Origin: an uncultured Chloroflexia bacterium
Lineage (GTDB): Bacteria > Chloroflexota > Limnocylindria > Limnocylindrales > CSP1-4
NCBI GenBank assembly: GCA_963800795.1
Contig: CAWDCJ010000004.1
Span: 21,742 to 85,741, forward strand
Length of the DNA stretch: 64,000 nucleotides
Reading direction: 5' to 3'
Position 1 is the stretch's first letter. Every line of letters starts with the position of its first letter. Below the pieces are notes generated by a model that did no database searches, was not told where the DNA came from, and worked only from the letters and a program-made list of their open reading frames with translations. Made by a program: the position numbers and the translations under genes. Positions 17,876 through 28,129 of the stretch are shown here, piece after piece.

Positions 17876-20455
17876 TCAGCCCTTGGCCAGGTGGCGCTGC
17901 ATGGCGGCCTTGCGGGACAGGTTGACCCGTCCCTGTCGGTCCACCTCGGTGACCACCACCATCACCTCGTCGCCCACCGACACCACGTCCTCGACGGAGG
18001 GCACGTGGTAGTCGGCCAGCTCGCCGATGCGGACCAGGCCTTCCTTGCCCGGGAGGATCTCCACGAAGGCGCCGAAGGTCATGAGGCGGGTCACGGTCCC
18101 CAGGTACAGGGCACCGATCTCGACCTCGCGGGTGAGGGACTCGATCCAGTGGATGGCCTTGCGGGCGTTCTCGCCGGACACGGCGGCGATCTCCACCATG
18201 CCGTCATCCTCGACGTTGATCTCGGTCCCGGTCTCCTCCTGGATCTTGCGGATCATGGAGCCGCCCTTGCCGATGATGTCGCGGATCTTCTCGGGGTTGA
18301 TCTTGATCTTCGTGATGCGCGGCGCGAAGTCGCTCATCGTGTCGCGGGCGGAGGGCAGGACCTCGAGCATCTTGTCCAGGATGAGCATCCGCGCGGCGTG
18401 GGCCTTCTCGAGCCCCTGCCGGATGATCGCCTCGCTGATGCCGGTCACCTTGATGTCCATCTGAAGGGCCGTGATCCCGTCCCGGGTGCCGGTGACCTTG
18501 AAGTCCATGTCGCCGAAGGCGTCTTCCTTGCCCAGGATGTCGGTGAGGACCGTGAACGTCCCGTCGGGCTCGGACATCAGGCCCATCGCCGCGCCGGCCA
18601 CCGGCGCCGTGATCGGCACGCCGGCATCCATGAGTGCCAGCGTCGAGCCGCACGTGGAGGCCATCGAGGTCGAGCCGTTGGACGTTACGCACTCCGAGAC
18701 GAGGCGGATCACGTAGGGGAACTCGTCCGCGCTGGGGAGCACGGGCAGCAGCGCCCGCTCCGCCAGGTGGCCGTGACCGATCTCGCGCCGGCCCGGGCCG
18801 CGCATCATCTTGTTCTCGCCCGTGCTGTACGGCGGCATGTTGTAGTGGTGGATGTAGCGCTTCTCGGTCTCCGGGCTGATCGTGTCGATCCGCTGGACGT
18901 CCGAGGACGGGCCGAGGGTCGCGATGGTGAGCGCCTGCGTCTCGCCGCGCGTGAAGAGGCCGGAGCCATGCGCCCGAGGCAGGAGGCCGACTTCGACGGT
19001 GATCGTGCGCAGCTCGTCGACGCCACGCCCGTCCATGCGGATCCCCTCGGAGAGGGTCAGCCGCCGAACCGTCTTCTTGTGGACGGCGCCGAACAGGCTC
19101 TTGGAGACCCGAGCCGTTCGCCGCGCTGCATCCAGCTTCGCCTTGGCGTCATCCCTGGACGTCCGGCCCGCGCGGATGGAGTCGGCGATGCCCGCCGTGA
19201 GCGCCTCGAGGCGTCCGGGCAGATCCGCGGCGATCGCGAGGAGCAGGGCGGCCGTTGCCTCGGCATCCGGCAGGGCACGGTGGGCCTGCTTCAGCTCGAT
19301 CCCGAAGAAGTCGGGACAGCTCGCCGAGGGTGTAGCTGGGAAGGTCGGGGTATCCATCGCGCGCGAGCGTGAGCGTGTCGAGGTAGGTGCCCGGCCGGAT
19401 GCGCGTCCCGTCCCCCAGGGCCGCTTCCAGGAACCGATGTCGAAGCCGATGGAGTGGCCGACCAGGGTCGCCTCGCCGATGAACGCGAGCGCCTGCTTGG
19501 CGGCCTCCGCGGGCGCCGGGGCGCCGGCAACGTCCTTGTCCGTGATCCCGTGCATCTGGTTGCCGAAGATCGGCCGGCCCGGGTTCACGAACGTCGACCA
19601 GCGATCGACGACCTTGCCCTTCTTGACCCGGACGGCGGCGATCTCGATCAGGTCCGCCATCTCCGGGTTGGTCCCGGTCGTCTCGACGTCGAGCACCACG
19701 AACTCGGCGCCGGCCTTCGCCTTCTCCGCGAAGTCCAGGACCGAGCCGGTGCCGGCCTCCAGGTACGGGATGCGCTTCGTCTTGCCGACGGCCTCCTGGA
19801 GCTGGAGCTGGAGGTCGATCAGCGGCTGGAGCGCGCGATGCCCGAACAGGATGGCCTCGGCCATCACGGACTCCGGAAGGATCTTCGCGCCCGCCTCGAC
19901 CATCATGATGGCCTCGCGGGTACCCGAGACGATGAGGTCGAGATCGGACTCGGCGAGCTCCGGGATGGTGGGGTTGATGACGAACTCGCCGCCGATCCGG
20001 CCGATCCGGACGGCGCCGATGGGGCCCAGGAACGGGATCTCGCTGATGGTCAGCGCCGCGGACGCGGCGACCGTTCCGAGGACGTCGGGGTTGTTCTCCT
20101 GGTCCGTGGAGAGGACGGTCAGGACGATCTGGACGTCGTCCTTGTAGCCCTCCGGGAAGAGCGGTCGGATCGGCCGGTCCGTCAGGCGGGCGGCCAGGAT
20201 GGCGGCCTCGGACGGGCGCGACTCGCGCTTGATGAACCCGCCGGGGATCTTGCCGGCGGCGTACATCCGCTCCTCGAAGTCCACCGTCAGCGGGAAGAAG
20301 TCCAGCCCCGGTCGGGGCTCGGACCGGTTCGCGGTGCCGAGCACCACGGTGTCACCGTACGTGACGGTGACGGCCCCTCCGGCCAGGCGGGCGAGCTTGC
20401 CCGTCTCGATGGTCAGGGGGCGTCCGCCGAATTCGACGGAAAAGGTCAGGGACAC
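17876..20455 (-). CDS. pnp: Polynucleotide phosphorylase (PNPase) with an inserted DnaQ/PolC-like DEDDh 3'-5' exonuclease domain (residues ~251-410)
   Basis: 859 aa versus ~700-750 typical. RNase PH1 (…[25 protein letters not shown]…), PH2 (…[13 protein letters not shown]…ETQALT…[12 protein letters not shown]…[23 protein letters not shown]…), KH ([12 protein letters not shown]) and S1 ([15 protein letters not shown]) domains are all present. Between EAVGKTK and RMDGRG lies [26 protein letters not shown]...GITDKDV...[17 protein letters not shown]...YLDTLTLAR...[25 protein letters not shown] start with GAAAGGAACG Shine-Dalgarno. Confidence 0.85.
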   Translation of the reverse strand: MSLTFSVEFGGRPLTIETGKLARLAGGAVTVTYGDTVVLGTANRSEPRPGLDFFPLTVDFEERMYAAGKIPGGFIKRESRPSEAAILAARLTDRPIRPLFPEGYKDDVQIVLTVLSTDQENNPDVLGTVAASAALTISEIPFLGPIGAVRIGRIGGEFVINPTIPELAESDLDLIVSGTREAIMMVEAGAKILPESVMAEAILFGHRALQPLIDLQLQLQEAVGKTKRIPYLEAGTGSVLDFAEKAKAGAEFVVLDVETTGTNPEMADLIEIAAVRVKKGKVVDRWSTFVNPGRPIFGNQMHGITDKDVAGAPAPAEAAKQALAFIGEATLVGHSIGFDIGSWKRPWGTGRASGRAPTSTRSRSRAMDTPTFPATPSASCPDFFGIELKQAHRALPDAEATAALLLAIAADLPGRLEALTAGIADSIRAGRTSRDDAKAKLDAARRTARVSKSLFGAVHKKTVRRLTLSEGIRMDGRGVDELRTITVEVGLLPRAHGSGLFTRGETQALTIATLGPSSDVQRIDTISPETEKRYIHHYNMPPYSTGENKMMRGPGRREIGHGHLAERALLPVLPSADEFPYVIRLVSECVTSNGSTSMASTCGSTLALMDAGVPITAPVAGAAMGLMSEPDGTFTVLTDILGKEDAFGDMDFKVTGTRDGITALQMDIKVTGISEAIIRQGLEKAHAARMLILDKMLEVLPSARDTMSDFAPRITKIKINPEKIRDIIGKGGSMIRKIQEETGTEINVEDDGMVEIAAVSGENARKAIHWIESLTREVEIGALYLGTVTRLMTFGAFVEILPGKEGLVRIGELADYHVPSVEDVVSVGDEVMVVVTEVDRQGRVNLSRKAAMQRHLAKG

Positions 20456-20558
20456 GAGCGTTCCTTTCTCGCTCGCGTCGGGCTTGGACCGCGGCCGGCG
20501 CTCGCGCCGACCTCCGAATGCACCGAACCCGGGGTGCTCCCCCGGCCTCAGCGCGTGC
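20456..20558 (-). promoter_or_regulatory. rpsO-pnp intergenic leader with GC-rich stem-loops (candidate RNase III/autoregulatory pnp leader)
   Basis: Palindromes ccgggg-gagcac-ccccgg and cggcgc-gag-cgccg read in the 103-nt spacer. This resembles the conserved rpsO terminator / pnp leader arrangement. Confidence 0.4.
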
Positions 20559-20828
20559 TCAGCGGCGCAGGCCGAGCCGTGCGATGACGGCGCGGTAGCG
20601 CGCGGCGTCCTTCTTCACGAGGTACGCGAGAAGGCGCCGGCGATGGCCGACCAGCTTGAGGAGGCCGCGGCGGGAATGATTGTCCTTGGGGTACAGCCTG
20701 AGATGTCCCGTCAGGTCCTTGACCCGCTCCGTCAGGAGCGCGATCTGGACCTCGGCAGAGCCCGTATCCCCTTCGCTCACCGCGTATTCGGCGACGATCC
20801 GGTCCTTGGTTTCCCGCACGAGCGGCAC
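20559..20828 (-). CDS. rpsO: 30S ribosomal protein S15
   Basis: [92 protein letters not shown] 20826-20828 is preceded by GGAGGA. Confidence 0.85.
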   Translation of the reverse strand: MPLVRETKDRIVAEYAVSEGDTGSAEVQIALLTERVKDLTGHLRLYPKDNHSRRGLLKLVGHRRRLLAYLVKKDAARYRAVIARLGLRR

Positions 20829-21021
20829 TCGGTCCTCCGACACGAAAACTTCTACAACACGTTCTAGCAAACCGACGGAGCGTAACAGGGGCAGGCGGTT
20901 CCTGCAAACACGCAGCGGATCCAGGTTCGGGTTCCCGGCCTGGGCCCGAGATTGACGCTGGCGCGGCCGGGACAGCCGGCCAGGGCCGCGGCGCCGGGCG
21001 GCCCCGAGACGCCAGTGGCCG

Positions 21022-21888
21022 TCAGGCGCGCCCCACGAAGGCGACCCGGAGGCGTCCTGGCGCGAGCGTCGCAGGGCGAGCGTGAACGTCCAGCGTCCCG
21101 GATTCGTCCACTCGGACCAACGCCGCGTGCGGGCGCGTGGGCACGGTCCCGGGCGCGATCGCCGGCTCCACGGTCGCCGCGTATCGGCCGGGCGGCGGCA
21201 GCGCAACGGGCACCGGGAAGTGGAGGGTGCCAGCCTGGCCGGTCCGCGTTCGAGCCGCGATCTCCCCGGTGACCGCCACCCGCCGGCCGAGGAGTGCGCG
21301 CGCTGTGGGAAGGTCGCCCGAGGCAATCGCGCTCCGGATGTCGGCGCTGCGCACCTGTCGCCCGCCGATCTCGAACGGCGGAACCACGACCACCCGGAAG
21401 CCGTCGCGGGCACCCAGGGCGGCGAGCGTTGTGGGCGTGCCTCGCCGCTCGTGCCCGAATGCGGCGTCCGGCGTCATCAGGAGCCCCGACAGGCTGGTGC
21501 GGGCCCGGATCGACTCCACGAACGCGTCGTATGGGGTGCGCCGCAGGGCCTCGTCGAAGTGCTCCACGATGGTCACCTCGACGCCGGCCTGTGCGAGGCG
21601 TGCGAGGCGCTCATCGGGGTCGCACAGCAGCGGCGGTGCAGCCCCGGCCACGATCTCGTCGGGATGGTGGTCGAAGGTCAGCACCGCCGGTGCGACGCCC
21701 ATGCGAACCGCGGCCCTTCGCAGCTCTCGCAGGAGGTACGTGTGGCCGCGGTGGAGTCCGTCGAATACGCCGACCACCAGCAGGAGCGGTCCGTGCTCGG
21801 CCCGCAGCGCGGCGATCCCGGCCAACGCGTGCTGCGCGTGCACCCCGGAGCGGCTCACAGGCACGGCAGGACGTCCGAGCTCAGGCAT
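21022..21888 (-). CDS. ribF: Bifunctional riboflavin kinase / FMN adenylyltransferase
   Basis: [19 protein letters not shown] (nucleotidyltransferase HxGH) ... C-terminal riboflavin kinase region [28 protein letters not shown]...GRYAATV. ATG 21886-21888. Confidence 0.8.
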   Translation of the reverse strand: MPELGRPAVPVSRSGVHAQHALAGIAALRAEHGPLLLVVGVFDGLHRGHTYLLRELRRAAVRMGVAPAVLTFDHHPDEIVAGAAPPLLCDPDERLARLAQAGVEVTIVEHFDEALRRTPYDAFVESIRARTSLSGLLMTPDAAFGHERRGTPTTLAALGARDGFRVVVVPPFEIGGRQVRSADIRSAIASGDLPTARALLGRRVAVTGEIAARTRTGQAGTLHFPVPVALPPPGRYAATVEPAIAPGTVPTRPHAALVRVDESGTLDVHARPATLAPGRLRVAFVGRA

Positions 21889-22969
21889 TCGGTGCGGCTG
21901 CCCCACTCGGGACCAGCACCTTGTCCGGCACGAGGTGTCCTCCGACACGCCGCGCGATCGCAACCAGGGTCCCGTCCTCGGACACCAGGAGCACGCGTGC
22001 CGCGGCCGGGGCGCTGGGCGCGGGAACGGTGCCGGGCGCGGGAACGGTGCCGGCCGCGGGAACGGTGCCGGCCGCGGGCGGCGCCTGCGCCGGGAGCCGG
22101 CCGGCCTCGCTGACCCAGCCGCCGTGGCCGACGACGAGGAGCTCGTCCGGGCGGAGCGTCACCGTCGGGAAATCCTCCAGCCCGGTCCCGACCGGACGGA
22201 GAAGCGCCGCGAATCGTCCGTTCGCCGCAGCGTCCCGGACCACGTCGAGGCTGATGGCGTCGTCGAGCGTGAACGGTCCCGCGGCCGTGCGGCGCAGGGC
22301 TCCGAGGTAGGCCGCGCTGCCGACCGCCGCCCCCAGGTCGCGCGCCAGCGCCCGCATGTAGGTCCCCGCTGAGCAGGCAACGTCGAGGACGGCCAGCGGA
22401 TGCGCGGGATCGGTCTCGTCCCATCGCTCGAGAGCAAGGGCATGAAAGGTGACATCGCGAGCCGGCAGCACTGGGGTCTGCCCTGCCCGGGCCAGCGCGT
22501 AGGCGCGCCTGCCGCCAACCTTGCGCGCCGAGAACGCCGGCGGCAGCTGGAGCTGTCGCCCCAGGAACCGGGCCAGCGCGATCTCCACGGTGGATCTCGT
22601 GGGGGCCGGTTGATCCACCGGCGTCAGCTCCCCTTCGAGGTCATCGGTCGTCGAGGACGCGCCGAAGCAGACCGACGCGCGGTATGCCTTGCGGGCGCCC
22701 AGGTGGAACTCGACCACCCGCGTCCCCAGGCCCAGGTAGAGGGGGAGCACCCCCGACGCAAACGGGTCGAGCGTCCCGCCGTGGCCGATCCGCTTCGTGC
22801 CGGCGAGACGGCGCACCAGGGCGACGATGTCGTGCGACGTCGGCCCGACCGGCTTGTCCACCACCAGGATCCCGTCAAGGCGCGAGTCGGTCCGCTCGCT
22901 CCGCGGGGTGCGCCCGTGGCCCGGCCGGTCGGAGACGTCCACCGGGGACGGCGTACCGTCGTCCGTCAC
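21881..22969 (-). CDS. truB: tRNA pseudouridine(55) synthase TruB with G/T/V/P/A-repeat insertion near C-terminus
   Basis: LDGILVVDKPVGPTSHDIVALVRRLAGTKRIGHGGTLDPFASGVLPLYLG is the TruB catalytic motif. GTG 22967-22969 overlaps the nrnA stop (GTGA); alternative GTG at 22942. C-terminal AAGTVPAAGTVPAPGTVPAP is encoded by an 18-bp tandem repeat. Confidence 0.8.
   Translation of the reverse strand: MTDDGTPSPVDVSDRPGHGRTPRSERTDSRLDGILVVDKPVGPTSHDIVALVRRLAGTKRIGHGGTLDPFASGVLPLYLGLGTRVVEFHLGARKAYRASVCFGASSTTDDLEGELTPVDQPAPTRSTVEIALARFLGRQLQLPPAFSARKVGGRRAYALARAGQTPVLPARDVTFHALALERWDETDPAHPLAVLDVACSAGTYMRALARDLGAAVGSAAYLGALRRTAAGPFTLDDAISLDVVRDAAANGRFAALLRPVGTGLEDFPTVTLRPDELLVVGHGGWVSEAGRLPAQAPPAAGTVPAAGTVPAPGTVPAPSAPAAARVLLVSEDGTLVAIARRVGGHLVPDKVLVPSGAAAPNA
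22021..22074. repeat. 18-bp tandem repeat cgggaacggtgccgg(g/c)cg x3 inside truB
   Basis: Three contiguous units read at 22021-22038, 22039-22056 and 22057-22074. They encode the A-G-T-V-P-A peptide repeat. Confidence 0.75.
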
Positions 22970-23985
22970 CGCGAGACCGCGCGCGCATGCCGCTCGGCTT
23001 CCGGCAGGACGGCTGCGACCGCCTCGGCCAGCGGCAGCGGGAGCGAGGCGCCGGCGGCCCGTGGATGCCCTCCGCCGCCCCAGGTGCCACACAGCGCGGT
23101 CGCGTCCACGCCCCCGGGCTTCGTGCGCACGGAGAGACGGGTCGCGCCATCCTTCTCCTTGAACAGGAGGGCGATCTCGGCGGTCTCCGACTGCGCGAGG
23201 AGGTCGATGATGCCCTCGGAGTGCTCCGAGCGCGCTCCCGTCGCGGCGAGATCCGCCAGTTCGAGTGTCGAGGCGATCACCAGCCCGCCGGCGTGTGACT
23301 GCAGGCGGGCCAGGACGCGCCCGAACAGCGCCAGCTGGGCATCCGGCTTGGTCCGATACAGCCGCCGGCTGATCTCGGAGAGCGGCGCCCCCGCCTCGAC
23401 CAGCGCGGCCGTCACCTGGAGCGTGCGGGCCGTCGTGTTCGGGTGGGCGAACGTGGCCGTGTCCATCACGATCCCCGCCGCGAGCGCGGCCGCCAGCCTC
23501 CCCTCCCCCGCTGCCAGCGGGACACCGAGACGCACGGCCAGGAGGGCGACCATCTCGCACGTCGCCGCCGCCGCCGGGTCGATCCAGGCCAGGCCACCTG
23601 TGCCGTCATTGCTGGCGTGATGGTCGATCGTCAGGAGGGGCGTATCGGCGAAGAGCGCGGGATTTCGCTCCCGGATCGAGCCGACGCGGCTGAGGTCCCC
23701 ACAGTCGCACAGGACGACCAGGTCGTAGGCGACATCTGGCTCCGGGTCGGTTCGGACGGCGTCGCTGCCGTCCATGAACCGGTAGAGGTCGGGCAACGGG
23801 TCCGCGGCCGCGACGGTCGCCCGCCCACCCAGCGCCTCCACGAGCAGGCCGATCGCGATCGCCGCCCCCAGCGCGTCGGCGTCCGGGCTCTCGTGCCCGA
23901 CCGCCAGCACCCGCCTGGCATTGCGAACGCGCTCCACCACAAGAATGGGGACCGCCTCTGTGAGCGACCCCAGGTCGATCGCCAT
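22966..23985 (-). CDS. nrnA: DHH-family phosphoesterase NrnA-like (nanoRNase / pAp phosphatase)
   Basis: VLAVGHESPDADALGAAIAIGLL...LVVLCDCGDLSRVG...LLTIDHHASNDG...GGGHPRAAGAS gives the DHH and DHHA1 motifs. ATG ~23983-23985 lies just after the rbfA stop. The rbfA-nrnA-truB order is typical of Actinobacteria. Confidence 0.75.
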   Translation of the reverse strand: MAIDLGSLTEAVPILVVERVRNARRVLAVGHESPDADALGAAIAIGLLVEALGGRATVAAADPLPDLYRFMDGSDAVRTDPEPDVAYDLVVLCDCGDLSRVGSIRERNPALFADTPLLTIDHHASNDGTGGLAWIDPAAAATCEMVALLAVRLGVPLAAGEGRLAAALAAGIVMDTATFAHPNTTARTLQVTAALVEAGAPLSEISRRLYRTKPDAQLALFGRVLARLQSHAGGLVIASTLELADLAATGARSEHSEGIIDLLAQSETAEIALLFKEKDGATRLSVRTKPGGVDATALCGTWGGGGHPRAAGASLPLPLAEAVAAVLPEAERHARAVSR

Positions 23986-23986
23986 C

Positions 23987-24553
23987 TCAGCGAGCTCGCG
24001 GCGGGCGACGCGAGCCGGACGGCGGCGGGCGCCGTGCACCGGACGGCGACCGCCGGCGGGCGCCCGGCGGCTTCCGGATCCCGGCTCCGCGTTCGGGGGT
24101 GGCGCCGTCCGGCCCGGGCTCAGGCGTATCCCCTTCACGTGGCAGGCGTGCGACCGGCGTGGGCAGCGACTCGGTCACCGGTGCGTCGGCGAGCGAGGCA
24201 GCGCCCGGGATGTCCCCGTGCTCCAGCTCGTCGAGGATCTGAAGGACACGCGTGCCGTGCTCCATCGAGGAGTCAAGCACGATGTGAAGGGCAGGGACCC
24301 GGCGAAGGCGCAGGCGGACGCCCAGCTCGCGCCGGACATATCCCATCGCTCCATCGAGCGCCTCGAGGGTCGCGCGCCGCTCTTTGGCGTCGCCGATGAC
24401 GCTGACCCAGACCTTCGCGTGCTGGAGGTCCGGGGTCGTCTCCACGTCCGTCACGGTCGCGAATCCCACGCGCGGGTCGGCCACCTCGCGTGACAGGATG
24501 GCGCCGATCTCCTGGCGCAGGAGCTCGTCGACCCGGTCCGTTCGCTGGCTCAT
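23987..24553 (-). CDS. rbfA: Ribosome-binding factor A with long low-complexity C-terminal tail
   Basis: MSQRTDRVDELLRQEIGAILSREVADPRVGFATVTDVETTPDLQHAKVWVSV... is the RbfA signature. A ~70-aa P/G/R-rich tail follows. Confidence 0.8.
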   Translation of the reverse strand: MSQRTDRVDELLRQEIGAILSREVADPRVGFATVTDVETTPDLQHAKVWVSVIGDAKERRATLEALDGAMGYVRRELGVRLRLRRVPALHIVLDSSMEHGTRVLQILDELEHGDIPGAASLADAPVTESLPTPVARLPREGDTPEPGPDGATPERGAGIRKPPGARRRSPSGARRPPPSGSRRPPRAR

Positions 24554-24562
24554 GGCCGACCG

Positions 24563-26461
24563 CTACCGAATGCTCGCGCGGCTCACCGACTGCTGGGTGA
24601 ACGCTTCGATGATGTCGCCCTCGGCCAGATCGTGGAACCCGGCCAGGCCGATGCCGCATTCGTACCCCTGGGCGACGTCGCGGACGTCGTCGCGGAAGCG
24701 CCGGAGCGAGTCCAGCTTGTCCGTGGCGATGAGCTTGCCGTTGCGATAGACGCGCACGCCGGCCGTCCGCGGGATGTGGCCGTCGGTGACGAAGGATCCC
24801 GCGATCACCGTGCTCTTGCCCACCCGGAAGATCTGGCGGACCTCCGCGCGTCCCTCCACCTGCTCGACGATCTCCGGTTCGAGCATGCCACTGAGGGCAG
24901 CCTCGATGTCGTCGGTGAGCTTGTAGATGATGTCGTACAGGCGGACGTCGACCTTCTCCGCCTCGGCCGTCCGACGGGCCTGGGGATCCAGCTTCGTGTT
25001 GAAGCCGACCACGATCGCGTTGGACGCCGAGGCGAGCAGGATGTTGTTGTCGGTGATGTCGCCGGTTCCCTCGTGAAGCACGCTGATGCGGACCTCGTCC
25101 GAGATGATCTGGCCCAGCGCATGCGTGATCGCCCCCAGCGAGCCGGAGACGTCTGCCTTGAGGATGATCCGGAGCTCCTTGGACTGCCCTTCCTGGAACT
25201 GGTTGAAGAGATCCTCCAGGGTCGCCTTCTGGCTAGTGCCCGTCTGGGCGATGGCGGCGTTCCGCGTCTGCTCGACGATCGATCGGGCCGTCTTCTCATC
25301 CGGGACGACGCGCAGGATGTCGCCCGCCTCCGGCACCTCGCCGAGCCCCAGCACGAGCGCCGCGGACGACGGGCCGGCCTTCTGGATGCGCTTCCCGGCC
25401 GCGTTCTCGAGCGCCTTGACCTTGCCGTAGGTCTTGCCGACCACGACGATGTTGCCGATCCGGAGGGTGCCCGTCTGGACGACGACGGTGGCCACGGGGC
25501 CGCGCCCCTTGTCCAGCTCGGCCTCGATGATCGTCCCGACCGCCTCGCGCTTCGGGTTCGCCTTGAGCTCCTGGAGGTCGGCGACCAGGTTCACCATGTC
25601 GAAGAGGTCGTCGAGGCCCTGGCGCGTCTTCGCCGACACCTGCACGAGGGGGACGTCGCCGCCGTACTCCTCGATCACGACGTTCGCCTCGGTCAGCTCG
25701 GTCTTGACCCGGTCAGGATTCGCGTCCGGCTTGTCGACCTTGTTGAGGGCGATGATGATCGGCACCTTGGCCGCGCGGGCATGCGCGATCGCCTCGAGGG
25801 TCTGGGGCATGACGCCATCGTCGGCCGCGACCACGATGATCGCGATGTCGGTGACCTTGGCGCCCCGCGCTCGCATGGCGGTGAACGCCTCGTGCCCCGG
25901 CGTGTCGAGGAAGACGACCTTCTTGTCGTCCTTGACGATCTCCGAGGCGCCGATGTGCTGGGTGATCCCGCCGCGCTCCCCGGCCGCCACCGCGGTGCTC
26001 CGGATCGCGTCGAGCAGGCTCGTCTTGCCGTGGTCGACGTGGCCCATGACGGTCACGATCGGCGCGCGCGGCACGAGCAGGGTTGGGTCCTCGTCGACGA
26101 ACAGGGTGACCTTGGTCGCGGGGGCAGGCGCCTCGGCACCCTCCTCCTCGGCCGCGGCGACCGGCGCCTCCGCCTCGGCCGTCTCGAACCCGAGCTCGGT
26201 CGCCACGAGCGACGCGGTGTCGCGGTCGATCAGCTGGTTGATGGTGGCGAAGATCCCGCTCTTGATGAGCTCGCGGATCACGTCCGCGGGGTTGACCGCA
26301 AGGACCTCGGCGAGCTCCTTGACCGTGATCGTCGACGGCAGCACGACGGCGCTGCGGTCTCGCGGCTCGGCGACCGAGACCGGCGTGAAGCCGCCCCCTT
26401 CACGTCGCTGCGGCTTGCGGGGGCCGCGGCGGCCGCGGGTCCCGCTCCTGCTCCTGGCCAT
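24563..26461 (-). CDS. infB: Translation initiation factor IF-2 (short form, 632 aa)
   Basis: [19 protein letters not shown]...[16 protein letters not shown]...NKVDK (G1-G4 motifs) plus conserved C-terminal domains. ATG 26459-26461 overlaps the ylxR stop. Confidence 0.9.
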   Translation of the reverse strand: MARSRSGTRGRRGPRKPQRREGGGFTPVSVAEPRDRSAVVLPSTITVKELAEVLAVNPADVIRELIKSGIFATINQLIDRDTASLVATELGFETAEAEAPVAAAEEEGAEAPAPATKVTLFVDEDPTLLVPRAPIVTVMGHVDHGKTSLLDAIRSTAVAAGERGGITQHIGASEIVKDDKKVVFLDTPGHEAFTAMRARGAKVTDIAIIVVAADDGVMPQTLEAIAHARAAKVPIIIALNKVDKPDANPDRVKTELTEANVVIEEYGGDVPLVQVSAKTRQGLDDLFDMVNLVADLQELKANPKREAVGTIIEAELDKGRGPVATVVVQTGTLRIGNIVVVGKTYGKVKALENAAGKRIQKAGPSSAALVLGLGEVPEAGDILRVVPDEKTARSIVEQTRNAAIAQTGTSQKATLEDLFNQFQEGQSKELRIILKADVSGSLGAITHALGQIISDEVRISVLHEGTGDITDNNILLASASNAIVVGFNTKLDPQARRTAEAEKVDVRLYDIIYKLTDDIEAALSGMLEPEIVEQVEGRAEVRQIFRVGKSTVIAGSFVTDGHIPRTAGVRVYRNGKLIATDKLDSLRRFRDDVRDVAQGYECGIGLAGFHDLAEGDIIEAFTQQSVSRASIR

Positions 26462-26790
26462 CAGGCCCCTCCTTCTCGGTCGTCATGGGTTCGGGGATGG
26501 GATGCTGCGGATCCGGGGAACCGCGGTGCTTCGAAGAGGTCGGCGGCGATCGGGACGGCGAGCGCGCGCCGCAAGGCCCCCTTCTCGAGGGCCGCCGCCT
26601 GACAGGCGGCGTCGGCGCAGACGTAGGCGCCCCGCCCGGGGGCGCGCCCCGTCGGGTCCACGACGACGGCGCCGCCCGGCGTGCGGACGACCCGCAGGAG
26701 CTCGCGCTTCTGGCGGGGCGTCCGGCAGGCGACGCAGGTCCGGGTCGGATGCTGCCGCGGGGGCGGGCCGCCGGCCGTGCGCCGCGCTAC
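26461..26790 (-). CDS. ylxR: YlxR/DUF448 family RNA-binding protein
   Basis: [48 protein letters not shown]... is the canonical YlxR motif. It is conserved between nusA and infB. The 5' end is uncertain because the nusA 3' region is scrambled by indels. Confidence 0.6.
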   Translation of the reverse strand, partial: VARRTAGGPPPRQHPTRTCVACRTPRQKRELLRVVRTPGGAVVVDPTGRAPGRGAYVCADAACQAAALEKGALRRALAVPIAADLFEAPRFPGSAASHPRTHDDREGGA

Positions 26791-26799
26791 GGTGCCACC

Positions 26800-27944
26800 T
26801 CCGCCGCGGGCACGTCCGCGGCTTCCGGTGTCCCCGCCTCGTCCGCGGCCGCGACACGCCTCGGCCTCGACCTGCGCAGTCGGCGGAACGGCGGCCGGCT
26901 CGTGCGCCTGCGCGTCGCTGCGGATGTCGATTCGCCAGCCGGTCATCTTGGCCGCCAGCCGTGCGTTCTGCCCTTCGCGCCCGATCGCGAGCGAGAGCAT
27001 CTTCTCCGGGCACGACGACGTTCGCGATCCGGTGCTCCTCGTCGATGTGGACCGCCACGACCTGGGCCGGGCTGAGCGCCTTGGCGACGAAGACCGCCGG
27101 GTCCTCGCTCCATTCGATCACGTCGATCTTCTCGCCGGCCAGCTCGGCCACCACCGCCTGGACGCGTGCTCCGCGCTGGCCGACGGTTGCCCCGACGGGG
27201 TCGAGGCCCTCCTGGCGGGAAGCGACGGCCACCTTGGAGCGGCTGCCGGGCTCGCGGGCGATCGCCTTGATCTCCACGGTGCCCGCGTGGATCTCGGGGA
27301 CCTCCAGCTCGAACAGGCGACGCAGGAAGCCCTTGTGGGTGCGGCTCACCAGCACCTGGGGCCCGCGCGGCGCACGCCGGACCTCCAGCACGAACGCCTT
27401 GACGTTCTGGCCGATCCGGTAGTGCTCCACCGGCGACTGCTCCGTCGTGGCCAGGATCGCCTCCGCCTTGCCGAGGTCGAGGATGATCGCCCTGGGCTCG
27501 ACGCGGTTCACCGTCCCGGTGATGAGGTCGCCCTCGCGGCTCGCGAACTGGTCGTAGACGACGTCACGCTCCGCCTCCCGCAGGCGCTGCAGCACGACCT
27601 GCTTGGCGGTCTGGGCCCCGATCCGCCCGAACGCATCCTGCCCCAGCTGCTCGGTGACGACGTCCTCGCCCACCTCGGCATCCGGCTTGATCGCGCGAGC
27701 GTCAGCCACGGACAGCTCGGTGAGAGGATCCTCCACGTCCGTCGACCACCCGGCGCTCGCGGGTCACCAGCATCTCGCCGCGCTCCGGGTCGATCCGGAC
27801 CCGCACGTCCTCGTTGCCGGGAATCCGACGGTACGCGGACTCGATCGCGTCGGCGATGGTCAGGATGAGCTGCTCCCGCGGAACGCCCTTCTCTGCGTTG
27901 AGCTGGAGGAGGGCGCCCACGAAGTCGCGGCTCATATCGTCCAC
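26800..27944 (-). CDS. nusA: Transcription termination/antitermination factor NusA; at least two 1-bp frameshifts (near 27735 and 27000)
   Basis: N-terminus [40 protein letters not shown]...VTRERRVVD (ORF 27702..27944). Then [16 protein letters not shown]...S1 domain...KH1 (ORF 26483..27736). Then [32 protein letters not shown] (KH2, ORF 26461..27000). Confidence 0.8.
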
Positions 27945-28001
27945 CTCCCATGCTCGTAGCGGACCGCGGCTGACCGGTCCCTGCCGGCCGAAAGAAAGAC
28001 G

Positions 28002-28022
28002 TGGGGGTCACCCACGTCATGG
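28002..28022 (-). terminator. Hairpin gacgtggg-tgaccc-ccacgtc followed by U-rich tract on the minus-strand transcript, downstream of ispG
   Basis: Read from sequence. The minus-strand RNA is ...GACGUGGGUGACCCCCACGUCUUUCUUUCGG, about 110 nt after the ispG stop and ~60 nt before nusA. Confidence 0.45.
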
Positions 28023-28129
28023 AGCGGCGCGGTCGAAGTTGGGCGGAGTATACCCCACCCGGGCCGCGTCTCAGCGTCGCGAGCCAAGCCTGCGCGTCGG
28101 ACGCCGCTCAGGCGGCGTCCACCGGTCCC

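Noticed and set aside
21881-23560. Listed 559-aa ORF as a single TruB
   Set aside because: The upstream 200 residues are out-of-frame translation of the nrnA gene. TruB proper starts at the GTG overlapping the nrnA stop.
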